A stretch of 64,000 nucleotides of DNA from NCBI GenBank assembly GCA_027491435.1, contig JAOZFG010000035.1:1-64000 (forward strand). Reading direction: 5' to 3'. Positions 18,414 through 28,482 of the stretch are shown one piece after another (position 1 is the stretch's first letter; each line of letters starts with the position of its first letter). A program made the translations under genes and the position numbers. Origin of the DNA: Thermoproteota archaeon (lineage in GTDB: Archaea; Korarchaeota; Korarchaeia; Korarchaeales; Korarchaeaceae). The notes under the pieces are model-generated. The model was given only the letters and a program-made list of their open reading frames with translations, did no database searches and had not been told where the DNA came from.

Positions 18414-19645
18414 AGTTGAACCGGTACGTGGTCTACTCAATACCCAGGGTCGTGGCCTCAATAACCTTGCAGCTCCTCCCACTCTATATAGCGAGCGAGG
18501 GTAGCCCTGAGCACCTCTCCATAGCTTTCGCCCTGATGTACCTAGGAAACATGATCTCCAGCGTCTACACAAGCTTACTTGATGGTAAGGAAGTTGTAGG
18601 AATTGTTTTGGGCCACGTAATGTTGACAGTTCCCCTGCTGCTGATGGTACAGGGGATAAACCAGGCCCTTATCGCCACCTTCATGGCCTCCGTGATAGCC
18701 TCACTAACCTATTTTTCGGGCATGCTTCACATGCACAGGTACGAGGGCGACCAAGCGGCTTGGAAGTTCGAGAGAATTAGCAGGTGGAACTGGCTCTTGG
18801 GCCTAATACTGGGCGCTTTAGGGGTGGGGACGTTAGGGGTTAAGGGCACGGCCATATCGCTGGCCGCCATTAATTTGGCCCTCACCTTCCCGTTAATAGC
18901 TTGGACAGATCTGAGGCCCAAGCTTAACAAGGCCTTCCATGAGATAAGGAAGGACGGTCTGTTACCGGCCATGGAGGAGGGGATAAACGCCTTGAGCCGA
19001 GCTGAGGAGAGGTCTTTAAGGAGCTTAACCGTAAAGCTCAAGGCACACAGCCCTCTATTCCCTAGGCCCACCTTCATCAGCTTGGGTAAGCCGAGCAAAC
19101 TGACTCTAAAGGCTTCCATAGCCTTCTTCGGAATGGGCCTTGTCTACTCACAGCTTGTAGGTTATGAGAAGTCATCTGGCGTTAGTGACTCCACGATCTT
19201 CCTGCTCTCAGCCCTCAGCTCCCTGATAACGCTCATCAGCTACAAGAAGGCCTCCGGTTACAGTAACTTGGACGTTCCCATACTGGGAAGGAGCCTCACC
19301 TTCATAATGCTGGCCTCAATGGCCCCAAGCCTTCACGTGTTTCTGATATTCCACGTGGTCGAAGGGATCACATGGGCGTTCTTGATAGTTCCCCTCTACG
19401 AGATAGCCCTCAAGAAGTCCACCAGGCAGTTAGGGTTCGTTAACTTCGTTAGATTCCTGTTCTGGATGTTGGGATCTTTAGTGAGCCCCTATATAGTCTC
19501 CTTAGGTTACAGGCCACTGTTCTTGACGTCTGCAGTTGTCTTACTGGCCTCGACTAACGTGAAAATAGGGGAGGGGAGGGGCTTAGTGAGGAGGTTAGTG
19601 TCTAGGGCCTCCTCTCTGGCCCCCTCTCCCCCTCCACCCTCCTGA
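18410..19645 (+). CDS. MFS-like transporter
   Basis: About 12 hydrophobic segments in two halves separated by a hydrophilic loop. Confidence 0.6.
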   Translation: MKLNRYVVYSIPRVVASITLQLLPLYIASEGSPEHLSIAFALMYLGNMISSVYTSLLDGKEVVGIVLGHVMLTVPLLLMVQGINQALIATFMASVIASLTYFSGMLHMHRYEGDQAAWKFERISRWNWLLGLILGALGVGTLGVKGTAISLAAINLALTFPLIAWTDLRPKLNKAFHEIRKDGLLPAMEEGINALSRAEERSLRSLTVKLKAHSPLFPRPTFISLGKPSKLTLKASIAFFGMGLVYSQLVGYEKSSGVSDSTIFLLSALSSLITLISYKKASGYSNLDVPILGRSLTFIMLASMAPSLHVFLIFHVVEGITWAFLIVPLYEIALKKSTRQLGFVNFVRFLFWMLGSLVSPYIVSLGYRPLFLTSAVVLLASTNVKIGEGRGLVRRLVSRASSLAPSPPPPS

Positions 19646-20293
19646 CTCCATTATCCTCTGATATTCCTCGGGAGTCAGCACCTGCGGCTGATAGTCGACC
19701 CCGTAGGACTTTAGCGTGGAGGTGAAGGCCCTCAAGTGGTTCTCGCTCCCGTGCATGAGGTTTTTGAACACCTGCTCCACGTCGAAGTTCACCACCTGGA
19801 GCCACTTCCTTATGTCCTTTATGTCGATCTCCTCAATTAGAGCGCCTACCTTCAAGGCTTCCTCAACGGAAGAGGACCCCCTTCTAACTAGTTCATTGTA
19901 GAGCCCCTGCAGTTCTTGATTTGTGAACTTCCCCCTTTCTAAGGCGGGGTCCTCCAGGCCGTACCTGTCTATTAGCGCCTTGACCATGTCCATATGCCTC
20001 TGCTCGCTCCTAGCTATGTTATTGAATATGGGCAACCCCCACCTCTCGTATAAAGCCAGGTAAACGTCCCTGGCCAGCTTCTCCTCCTCCCTCATGTAGA
20101 GTATGGCCACCTTTTCCTCCTCACTGAGCTCGCTTCTTGCGGCCGAGTAGGTTGGGGCACCTCCGGGCGGGGCGCCCTCCCCTACATACCCCTTTCTCTC
20201 AGGGGGGTTGCTAGCGTATAGCCCCTTCCCGTTGATCAGGTATGCGAACCCCGCTATTACGATTAGCAGGATCCCTAGCATGGCCTTATTCAT
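19595..20293 (-). CDS. DUF2202 ferritin-like protein with N-terminal anchor
   Basis: MREEEKLARDVY, SEQRH, IEEIDI and SENHLRAF motifs. Confidence 0.88.
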   Translation of the reverse strand: MNKAMLGILLIVIAGFAYLINGKGLYASNPPERKGYVGEGAPPGGAPTYSAARSELSEEEKVAILYMREEEKLARDVYLALYERWGLPIFNNIARSEQRHMDMVKALIDRYGLEDPALERGKFTNQELQGLYNELVRRGSSSVEEALKVGALIEEIDIKDIRKWLQVVNFDVEQVFKNLMHGSENHLRAFTSTLKSYGVDYQPQVLTPEEYQRIMESGGWRGRGGQRGGPRH

Positions 20294-20500
20294 GGTATCA
20301 CCAAATCAACAGAGCATAACGGCCTATATAAGTAATATAGACAAATTGTTCATCCATTTTTCTTCATATAAATTTAGACTTTATCAGTTTACCAAAAATT
20401 TTTTGTGTGATATAGGGGAGCCCCTCCTAAGGCTTCGCAGCTGAGGCCCGACCCAAACTTTTATCTTGACGCTTCACCTAGTCCCGACGAAGGTGAGTCC

Positions 20501-21577
20501 ATGGAACAGGGCTTCAGTGAGAGGCTATTGAACGACCTTAAGAGGAACAGGGAACTTGTTGATAGGCTTATAGAGGAGCTCTTCCCCAGGACCATTGACC
20601 ACGGTTACTTGGAGTGGTTGCTGGGGGAGGCCAAGTACAGGTACGACCCTGACACGATTAACGAGACCGTATTCAAACCCATGTGGGACCTCCTTGACAG
20701 AGGGGGGAAGAGGTGGCGTCCCTGGCTTTTCCTAACTCTTGCCAAATGCTTCAACGTAAAGGTGAAGGGTTACGAGTACTTGGCTACTGCCATTGAGCTC
20801 ATACACAACGGTTCCTTGATAGCCGACGACATCGAGGACGGGGCCGAGGTTAGGAGGGGGGATAAGGCTATACACATAAAGTTCGGCGAAGACGTGGCAA
20901 TTAACCTGTCCTCAGCGATGTACTTCATGCCTATGAGGGCCCTCTCCAAAGTTGAGCTTAACAAAGACACTTACAAGAGGCTGCTGAACGCCTACCTGGA
21001 CGACATGATAAGGATCCACTTTGGCCAGGCTACAGACATAGGGTGGCATAGGGGGGTTAAGGATCCCGAGCTCATAACTGAGGAGGAATACATGCAGATG
21101 TGCGCCAACAAGACGGGGGTGTTGGCAAGGTTAGCGGCCAAGTTCGCCGCCATACTTGCCAACCTAAGCGATGAAGAAGTTGACAGGATAGCCAGCTTCG
21201 CCGAGAACATAGGGGTCGCTTTCCAGATCCAGGATGACATATTGAACATAACTGAGGCAGAGGGGCTGGGAAAGGAGCTGGGGGAGGACATAACCGAGGG
21301 CAAGATAACCCTGATGGTCATACACACTTTGAAGAAGGCTACCCCAGGGGATAGGAGGAGGCTCAAGGAGATCTTGTCCATGAAGACCAGGGACAGGAAG
21401 CTCATAGCCGAGGCGATCGAGATAATGAGGAGGTATGGAGCAATAGAGTACGCTAAGGCCAGGGCTAGGGAGATAGTTGAGAAGTCCTGGAAGGAAGTCG
21501 AGCCCCTACTCCCAGAAGGCGAGTGTAAAGAGCTATTGAAGGAGTTCGCCTACTTCCTCATAAATAGAAGGGTATGA
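20501..21577 (+). CDS. Polyprenyl (geranylgeranyl) diphosphate synthase
   Basis: GGKRWRP, DDIED, RRG, GQ, KT and FQIQDD motifs. Confidence 0.93.
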   Translation: MEQGFSERLLNDLKRNRELVDRLIEELFPRTIDHGYLEWLLGEAKYRYDPDTINETVFKPMWDLLDRGGKRWRPWLFLTLAKCFNVKVKGYEYLATAIELIHNGSLIADDIEDGAEVRRGDKAIHIKFGEDVAINLSSAMYFMPMRALSKVELNKDTYKRLLNAYLDDMIRIHFGQATDIGWHRGVKDPELITEEEYMQMCANKTGVLARLAAKFAAILANLSDEEVDRIASFAENIGVAFQIQDDILNITEAEGLGKELGEDITEGKITLMVIHTLKKATPGDRRRLKEILSMKTRDRKLIAEAIEIMRRYGAIEYAKARAREIVEKSWKEVEPLLPEGECKELLKEFAYFLINRRV

Positions 21578-22741
21578 TCACTTTGGGAAGTAGAGCCAGT
21601 ACTTCTGAACGTTCTGTATCCCTAGGATCCTCAGGGGCTTTCCCTTATATTTCAACTTGTTAGCGTATTTCTTGCCCCTAAAGGCCGTGTTCAGGGCGTT
21701 GAACATCACTAGGTCGGGCTTCATGTGCCTGGCGTGCTCTAAGCAGGCCATGTCGGCCAGGTTTATGTAGTCAGGGAACTGACCCCCGGCCGTGCTCAAC
21801 GCGGAGAAGGAGGCGAAGTCCACCAGATCGAGGTTAAACCCGGTTAGCTTCACCGGCCCAGGGTTGTGGGTCCTAGGCTTGTAGTAGACCACTTGAACCT
21901 CTTTGAAGAGGGGGTACTCCTCAAGCCTCTTCTCTATCCCTTCCCTGTGTTTCTCCCTGTCCTTTATCCTCAAGCTGGAGAAGTAACCGGCTATGAAGCT
22001 GCTTCCATTGAACTCGTCTCCATACTTCTCCAGGAGTAAGTACTCGCCTGGTTCCAGGAGGACGTTGGCCAGCATTGAGTCAGAGAGGAGGTCCAAGGCG
22101 AACCTCCTTATTCTCGGATCCAAAGAGTCCAAGAACCCTTGAAAGTCGTCCATGAACCTGTAAGCGATGAGGGAGGTGCTTATCCTCTTGACCAGTCCAG
22201 CAACTCCCTTCCCAAGCTGTCGAACTATCTTCATGACCTCATGAGAGGCCTCTGCTAGCTTCTTCCTGCTTCTGGGGAATATCGTGTAAGTTGGAGGGAA
22301 GTCCCCGTCCCTAACTATGACGTCGAAGTGTTCGCTGTGCCTCTTGATAACCTGTTTCATCATCAACACTTCCCTGTACTTCACCTCGAAAGAGGGCGTA
22401 TACTCCTCGTCCTCAAACGTGTTTCTGACAGGGAAGAAGCTGAATATAGGCCTTCTAGGGTCTGGGTAGAACACGGCTGCCAGAAGTATGAAGTTGGCCT
22501 TGTAGCCCCTCAGAGCTAGGGCTGACGTGAAGGTAGAGTCCACCGCTGAGACCCTGTAATTAGGAGGCCTCTCCCTAAGGTTGCCCTTGACAGACGAGAG
22601 CTTTGATTCTACCTCCTCGTAGGCCGGTTTAACCAGCTCCCAGGCCTCCAGGAACTTGTCTAGTATCCTCTCAGCGGACTTCTTGGCTAAAACGTAGATG
22701 TCTGGGAAGAGAACCTCGTCTTCAGGCTCAGGCAGTTCCAA
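21578..22741 (-). CDS. nurA: NurA-family nuclease (divergent)
   Basis: SAVDST, VRDGD, GLVKR and C-terminal PDYINLAD motifs; co-oriented directly after herA. Confidence 0.7.
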   Translation of the reverse strand: MELPEPEDEVLFPDIYVLAKKSAERILDKFLEAWELVKPAYEEVESKLSSVKGNLRERPPNYRVSAVDSTFTSALALRGYKANFILLAAVFYPDPRRPIFSFFPVRNTFEDEEYTPSFEVKYREVLMMKQVIKRHSEHFDVIVRDGDFPPTYTIFPRSRKKLAEASHEVMKIVRQLGKGVAGLVKRISTSLIAYRFMDDFQGFLDSLDPRIRRFALDLLSDSMLANVLLEPGEYLLLEKYGDEFNGSSFIAGYFSSLRIKDREKHREGIEKRLEEYPLFKEVQVVYYKPRTHNPGPVKLTGFNLDLVDFASFSALSTAGGQFPDYINLADMACLEHARHMKPDLVMFNALNTAFRGKKYANKLKYKGKPLRILGIQNVQKYWLYFPK

Positions 22742-22745
22742 GGGA

Positions 22746-24194
22746 TCACCCGTAGGTATGCATCAATATGGGCCTCCTGAACGGGGACATGAGCCCTGTC
22801 ACGTAGAAGTCGCCCTGTCCCAGTACGTCGACGTCCACGTTGCTCACGTTCACTATCTTAGCTATTTCCTCCATGTCCGTGGAGGCCTGAAGGGAGCTGA
22901 AGAACACGCTATTTATGTTGGCCCTTATGCTCGGGTCTATATCGTAGACCCACCTCTGGCTCACAAGCACGAGCCCTACCCCCCATTTCCTGCCCCTTCT
23001 GGCCACGTCTGCCAGTACTGAGGCGGTTATCTGGCCCTTGGAGGCGTAGATCTGTGCCTCGTCTATAACTATGGCCAAGTTAAGCCTGGACTTCCTCCTC
23101 TCAGCCACCCTCATTATCTTTGAGATGACCCCCTTCATTACGCCGAACCTTATGGGGAGGGGCTCATTGCTTATGTCTAGAACCGTGAGGTTCCAGTCGT
23201 TGAGGATTAAGTCCACTAGCTCGTCTATCAGGTAGGACCTGTCGTTAAACGAGCTGAGGGAGATCCCAGAGTTGAGGAACCTTATGAAGGCCTTGGCCTT
23301 GGTGTGAGGCCTCCTCTTCACCTGGTCCATCACGTAATCCAGGACCTGGAGGAACTTGAGGTCGTCCCAAGTGATGTCCCTGGGATCGACGTCCTGCTGG
23401 TAGGCCTCCAGCCCCTGCCTAGTCCCGAAGAGTGAAGCCAAGTCCAGCTTTCCACCAAGTCCGAGGGTTTTCAGGTAGTTGATAGCCTTATTAACGTCCC
23501 CTCCTCCCTTGAGGTAAGCGTCCAGCGCTATCTCCACGTCATCTGCTATGTCCATCTCGAAAACCTCGTCGGCTAGCACCCTAGCCATTGACTGGATGTC
23601 CGGCATTATCTCCTGATCCCTGATTACGTTCACGCTAAAGTGGGGCGCGTAGTCCTCACCGGTATGGTCAAAGGCCAGCACCTTCACCCCCTTCTCCACT
23701 AACTCCTTTATTAGAAGCCTAACTAGGTGCGACTTCCCCGAGCCTGTAGAGCCTATCACGGCCACGTGGTAAAATACGGCCTTGGGGTTGATCGGTATAT
23801 GCCAGTAGGAGGTAGGGTGATAGCCCACGTTCATCGGGTCGTCCACCAAGTTTAGGCCGTCTAGGTCGCCCTGCTCTACCAGGTAAACGGGGGCTCCTGT
23901 CTTTATCGCGGCTACAACCCTGGGCTGAAATCCGTCTTCAGTTAAAGTGCCGTAAAGCTCCACATTGGCGTTTAGGTACTCGAAGGCCCTCACAGCATTT
24001 GTGTCGGAGGGCATGAAGGGCGAGTAGGGGGACATGGTGGGGTTTGAGTATGAGGTAGACCTGACTACGCCTAGGAGGTTGTTCCCTACCCTGACTAAGT
24101 CGTTTATGGAAACCTCCGATTCGACCTCCTTATCGAGCCTGACGGTCACCCACTTGGTGGAGGTCCTGCCCACTGTTATGCCTATCTGCTTCAT
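22746..24194 (-). CDS. herA: HerA/FtsK-family ATPase with an N-terminal HAS barrel
   Basis: HVAVIGSTGSGKS, FDHTGED, IVIDEAQ and RRGRKWGVGLVLVSQR motifs. Confidence 0.85.
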   Translation of the reverse strand: MKQIGITVGRTSTKWVTVRLDKEVESEVSINDLVRVGNNLLGVVRSTSYSNPTMSPYSPFMPSDTNAVRAFEYLNANVELYGTLTEDGFQPRVVAAIKTGAPVYLVEQGDLDGLNLVDDPMNVGYHPTSYWHIPINPKAVFYHVAVIGSTGSGKSHLVRLLIKELVEKGVKVLAFDHTGEDYAPHFSVNVIRDQEIMPDIQSMARVLADEVFEMDIADDVEIALDAYLKGGGDVNKAINYLKTLGLGGKLDLASLFGTRQGLEAYQQDVDPRDITWDDLKFLQVLDYVMDQVKRRPHTKAKAFIRFLNSGISLSSFNDRSYLIDELVDLILNDWNLTVLDISNEPLPIRFGVMKGVISKIMRVAERRKSRLNLAIVIDEAQIYASKGQITASVLADVARRGRKWGVGLVLVSQRWVYDIDPSIRANINSVFFSSLQASTDMEEIAKIVNVSNVDVDVLGQGDFYVTGLMSPFRRPILMHTYG

Positions 24195-24273
24195 CCCCCT
24201 AAGGTCTCCGGCAGGCGATAAAAAGGTTTGTAAGCTTAAGAGAATATCGCATAATATTCAATAAAAAGAGGGG

Positions 24274-25872
24274 TTAGAGAGGAGCGGCCTCCTTGGCCAA
24301 CTCCTTCTCCAGCTGATCTATCTCCTGGAAGAGCTCTGGATTCTCCTTCTCCAGTTTCTTAATCCTGAGCAGGTAGAGCTCTTCTGAGTTCTTTGTGAGC
24401 AGGTCCATTATGGAGACGCCGAGGGTCTTAGCTCCGAACTTAAGTGAGAATATCAGCAGACCCACCCAAAGCAGTATGTAGAGGGCCCATATCACTATCT
24501 GTCCTACACGGTCCAGCGTTATTAGGGCTGGCAGGAAGGTAGTAGGCGAGTAGGGGCAGCAGCCCATAAGCGGGTCCCAGAAGTTCCTAGCCAAGGTGTA
24601 GGGCAGGTATCCCAAGTAGAAGAATGGCCATATCAGTAGTCCAGTTATGTAAAGCATGCCAGTCCTTCCGTAGTTTCTGAACTCGCAGCCTAGCATGAAC
24701 ACCGTGCCCATTCCCAGCAGGAAGCCGCCGAATAGGTCCATGGGCAGGGTAGTCTGAGTCCTTATCGTCTTCTCGGAAAGGCCTACGCTGTGGAACTCTA
24801 GTCCGGTGGCCTTGGTAAAGGCCTCAGCAAACTCCTTAGTGGCCCAGTGGTGCCCTTCCATTATTCCAAAGGCGGCAAACCCTATGAAGAAGGCGGTGCT
24901 AGCCACTATTATGTGAACTGCCAACGCCGTGAAGGGTTGCATCGCCAGGAATATTGTCCTGATTGAGAAGGGCATCTTCCACTTCTTGGCAAAGTTTAGC
25001 TCGTCCTTAGATATTATTGGACCCATCTCGGCATTGAGAACAGCGCACTCTGTTCCTATCCCAGTCTTGGCCACTGCTATGCCTAGAAGGGCTCCTACTA
25101 TCATGAGCATTATTATGTTGGGCAAGTTGTGGGCGGTGAGCATGCTCTTCCATATCTTAGTCTTCTCTAGGCTCTCGGCCCATCCCATCTTGATGGCGTA
25201 GTCCACGCCGAACAGCGCGTTGGCTATGATGACTAGGGCGAAGATCACCCAGAAGGCATAGAGAGCCAGCCTCAGCCAGTCCTTCTTGGTGTCATAGCTG
25301 TTATCTAAAGTGAGCCCGTCAGCCCACCCCCTTTCCTTAGCCATCTCTACGTACCACTTGGTCTCCTGAGACTTAAAGTACTGGACTAGCCCAAACTTGC
25401 TCATTATCATTATGCCTATGCCCGCTGCTATAGTGGCTGTTATCATGACTACAAAGCTCTTGACGTTCATAGCCGCCCAGCCGCCAAGCAGATGGTGTAA
25501 CGTACATCCTCCTGCCACCCTAGTTCCCCACGCGAACATGAAGGCTCCCAGAGCTGTGAACACCAAGAAGCCCTTGGGATATCTGGCCCAGTCCCTTAGC
25601 TCCCCCTCGAGCCAAGATATTAGGAGGGCAGCTAGTAAGGCCCCGATTATGATCCACTGAATTGCTGGCTGGTAGTCGGGCTTAGTGGCTATTAAGCTGT
25701 GTCCAGTTAGCCTAGCTTCGAAGCCAGCTAGCATCCTAGCCATTCCTGAGGTGACTCCGATGAACTTATGTTTAGGGTGCCCTAACGGGATAAACCAGTA
25801 GTTTATGGCCTCAGCAAGTCCAGTAAGCAGGCCCGCAGTCCACCAAGGCCATTGCTTCTTCAGGAAGCTCAT
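24274..25872 (-). CDS. YeeE/YedE family sulfur-compound transporter
   Basis: Polytopic protein; WPWWTAG, GTRVAGGCT, GTEC and MLGCE Cys motifs. Confidence 0.75.
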   Translation of the reverse strand: MSFLKKQWPWWTAGLLTGLAEAINYWFIPLGHPKHKFIGVTSGMARMLAGFEARLTGHSLIATKPDYQPAIQWIIIGALLAALLISWLEGELRDWARYPKGFLVFTALGAFMFAWGTRVAGGCTLHHLLGGWAAMNVKSFVVMITATIAAGIGIMIMSKFGLVQYFKSQETKWYVEMAKERGWADGLTLDNSYDTKKDWLRLALYAFWVIFALVIIANALFGVDYAIKMGWAESLEKTKIWKSMLTAHNLPNIIMLMIVGALLGIAVAKTGIGTECAVLNAEMGPIISKDELNFAKKWKMPFSIRTIFLAMQPFTALAVHIIVASTAFFIGFAAFGIMEGHHWATKEFAEAFTKATGLEFHSVGLSEKTIRTQTTLPMDLFGGFLLGMGTVFMLGCEFRNYGRTGMLYITGLLIWPFFYLGYLPYTLARNFWDPLMGCCPYSPTTFLPALITLDRVGQIVIWALYILLWVGLLIFSLKFGAKTLGVSIMDLLTKNSEELYLLRIKKLEKENPELFQEIDQLEKELAKEAAPL

Positions 25873-26171
25873 AAAGACACCTGAGCTAAGCAGTTAGCGA
25901 GACCTAATAAGTTAGCATCTGTCTAAAATGCATTCGACACTAATTTATCTTATGCATGACTTGCAGGGAGACTCTACAGATGAACCATGTATAATATATA
26001 TAGATAAACTAGCCAGTTCCCCCGGATAAGGGAGCGTTTTCATCTGATACCCTCCGCGACCCCGTCAACATGACTATAAGAAATTCGCTCACTAGAGGAA
26101 TGAAAAACCTGTTAGCTTTTTTATAAGGCAAGGCCTTGCAACTCCCCTCAAGAAGGAAACATCGGAGTGAC

Positions 26172-26198
26172 AAAAAAGCCTTCTAGTGGTTAGAAGGC
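26172..26198 (-). terminator. Hairpin plus U6 terminator after comA
   Basis: Minus strand reads GCCTTCTA-ACCAC-TAGAAGGC-TTTTTT, 45 nt past the comA stop. Confidence 0.6.
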
Positions 26199-26243
26199 GT
26201 TGTAAAGCCACCTCTATTCTACATAATCTTCAGGATTAAATGT

Positions 26244-27215
26244 TCAAGTTATGAACCATATAGGCCTTTTATTAAACTCTTGTTTGTCAACTAGCCCTCT
26301 TTCCCTCAAAGACTTGAGGGCTTTGTATATGGTCCTAGGGGGCAGGCCCGTCTTTTCCCTTATGTCCGATAGAGTCATGGGGCCGAAGTGCTTCAAGACG
26401 TAGTAGACAAACTTCTCTGAAGGTGAGCCAGTTATTGCATGGACATTCCTCATAAGGAAGGTATCTCCCCTTAGACCCCTCCTTAAACTCTCCAGGGATA
26501 ACACATCTTCCATCTTAACGTTCCCCAGGTTGACGTTGGGCCCTATCCTCTTGATCAACTCTATCTGTTGTTTTACCAGAGGAGCTTCAAAGATTAGATC
26601 CTCTGGCGGCGCCACAGAGGTTATGGCCGCCAACCAGTCCTCCTTTATGTCCCCCTCGCCGTCGTAAATGCAGGAAGACACTCCGAATTCCCTGCCCTCT
26701 ATTACGACCTTCCACACGTGCTCCGAGCTGATGGCCCTGCTTATCTCCTCTAAGACAACTGGCTGAGTCAACCTCTTCATCGGGTTCTTCTTGCCAACTT
26801 CGAAGGTCACCTTAAATCCCATCTTTGCGGATAGCTCAGCTATTTCCAACCTCCTCTCTAAGCTTATGTCTACTATTCCAGCGCTAACCTCTATCACATC
26901 AATCCCTAGATTCCAGGCCTCCCTAAGCAGCTTTTCCAGCTTTCCTCTTAGTTCGAACATCTCCAGTACAGTTCCGCCTATCCCTACGTCGATATCGTAA
27001 TCGTGGTAGAGCTTTATCCTTTGAGACAACCTTTCCCTTTTCATTATGGTAGAGAGCCCCCAGCCTATCTTGACGTAGTCTACGTAATCGGCTATATCTT
27101 CTAAGATCAGGCACTCGTTAGGGGTCGATATCTTGTCTAGTACCATGGTTATGCCAGTTGACCTAGGCTTGACCGGCCTGCTGACTGGGCTTATCCCTTC
27201 AATGGGCAGCGACAT
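26244..27215 (-). CDS. comA: Phosphosulfolactate synthase (ComA) with a C-terminal winged HTH
   Basis: KPRSTGITMVLDK, KIGWG, FEVGKK, IEGRE, IFEAP, VNLGNV and LRRGLRGDT motifs; tail MTLSDIREKTGLPPRTIYKALKSLRERGLV. Confidence 0.88.
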   Translation of the reverse strand: MSLPIEGISPVSRPVKPRSTGITMVLDKISTPNECLILEDIADYVDYVKIGWGLSTIMKRERLSQRIKLYHDYDIDVGIGGTVLEMFELRGKLEKLLREAWNLGIDVIEVSAGIVDISLERRLEIAELSAKMGFKVTFEVGKKNPMKRLTQPVVLEEISRAISSEHVWKVVIEGREFGVSSCIYDGEGDIKEDWLAAITSVAPPEDLIFEAPLVKQQIELIKRIGPNVNLGNVKMEDVLSLESLRRGLRGDTFLMRNVHAITGSPSEKFVYYVLKHFGPMTLSDIREKTGLPPRTIYKALKSLRERGLVDKQEFNKRPIWFIT

Positions 27216-27287
27216 CCTCGACTACCTCATGGTTCACAAATAAAAAGTTTCGAAGGGCGTAACACAAATTTAAAAAGGAGGGAGGGG

Positions 27288-28145
27288 CTACTGCCCCTTC
27301 TTAGGAAGGGAAGCTGGGGCTAGCTCAGCCGGTTTATGGGGCTTTCCTCCAAAAGACGTCTTGAGTATAAGCCCTTTAAGCAGCTGTATGCCCTGAGCTG
27401 GATCTACGGCCCTGGGACATACGTCTGAACAAGCAGCCGCGAAGTGACATCTCCAGCACCCGTGGGCCGTGTCCACCACGACTACCCTCTCCTTGAACCC
27501 CTCATCCCTAGTGTCGACCATGTACCTGTAAGCCTGAGCTAGCGCCTGAGGCCCTAAGTACTCCGTGTCAGTGGCAGTCACCGGACAGGCCGCATAGCAG
27601 GCCCCGCACTTGATGCAGTCCACGAACTGTGAGTACTTATGATACTCGTCCGGGGATTGTAAGTACTGACCGGTTGGATTTTCCAGCTCTTCAACGTCCT
27701 TCCTTATTATCCAAGGCTTTATCTTCTTATGTTTCTCGAAGAAGGATGTGAAATCTGCCGCTAGATCCCTCTCAACGGGGAAGTTGTCCAGGGGCCTAAC
27801 CTCTATCACGTCGCTGTCTAACTCCATAACCCTAGTTTGGCACGCTAAAGCCGGCCTTCCATTTATCATCATAGCACATGATCCGCATAGCCCCATCCTA
27901 CAGGAGTACCTCATTGAAAGCGTTTGATCCAGTTCCCCCTTTATGTAAAGCAAGGCGTCCAAGACCGTCATTCCTTTGGAAACCTCCACCTCGTACTCAT
28001 CCCAGTGAGGGGCGTAGTCCTGCTTGGGGTTGTACCTATAAACCCTGAACTTTACCTTCTTCACGGGTTTCCAAAGCTCCTCAGCTGCCTTCTTGGCAGC
28101 CTCTAGCAGGTGAGGATCTATCTTATAGACTTCCTGATCAGACAT
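27288..28145 (-). CDS. sdhB: Succinate dehydrogenase/fumarate reductase Fe-S subunit
   Basis: SCRMGLCGSC, CIKCGACYAACP and CHFAAACSDVCP motifs. Confidence 0.95.
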   Translation of the reverse strand: MSDQEVYKIDPHLLEAAKKAAEELWKPVKKVKFRVYRYNPKQDYAPHWDEYEVEVSKGMTVLDALLYIKGELDQTLSMRYSCRMGLCGSCAMMINGRPALACQTRVMELDSDVIEVRPLDNFPVERDLAADFTSFFEKHKKIKPWIIRKDVEELENPTGQYLQSPDEYHKYSQFVDCIKCGACYAACPVTATDTEYLGPQALAQAYRYMVDTRDEGFKERVVVVDTAHGCWRCHFAAACSDVCPRAVDPAQGIQLLKGLILKTSFGGKPHKPAELAPASLPKKGQ

Positions 28146-28157
28146 TCATACACCCCC

Positions 28158-28478
28158 TCATATAAGCCCAACAGAAAGCAAGATCGTCTGCATTCCAGCT
28201 AAGAAGGTTAAGATCCCTATTAGGAGCACTGCCCAGCCTATCAGCTTAGTCCAGCACTTGTTAGGGATTAGCTCTATTAACACCACCCTTACCCCGTTAA
28301 ATCCGTGGAACAGCACGGATGCTAGGAACACGGCCATGTTAGCCACATAAAAGTAGACATTCCCCTTTATCATTGGTCCTATGACTGGATCGTTGTTGGC
28401 GAACAAGTGTATAAGGCCAGTTATCACGATCAGCACGGCGGTAATGTAATGAATTAGCATTATTTTGGACTCCCTCAT
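28158..28478 (-). CDS. sdhD: Succinate dehydrogenase membrane anchor (SdhD-like)
   Basis: 3 TM; HYITA and HGFNGVR motifs; position in the operon. Confidence 0.8.
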   Translation of the reverse strand: MRESKIMLIHYITAVLIVITGLIHLFANNDPVIGPMIKGNVYFYVANMAVFLASVLFHGFNGVRVVLIELIPNKCWTKLIGWAVLLIGILTFLAGMQTILLSVGLI

Positions 28479-28482
28479 GACA

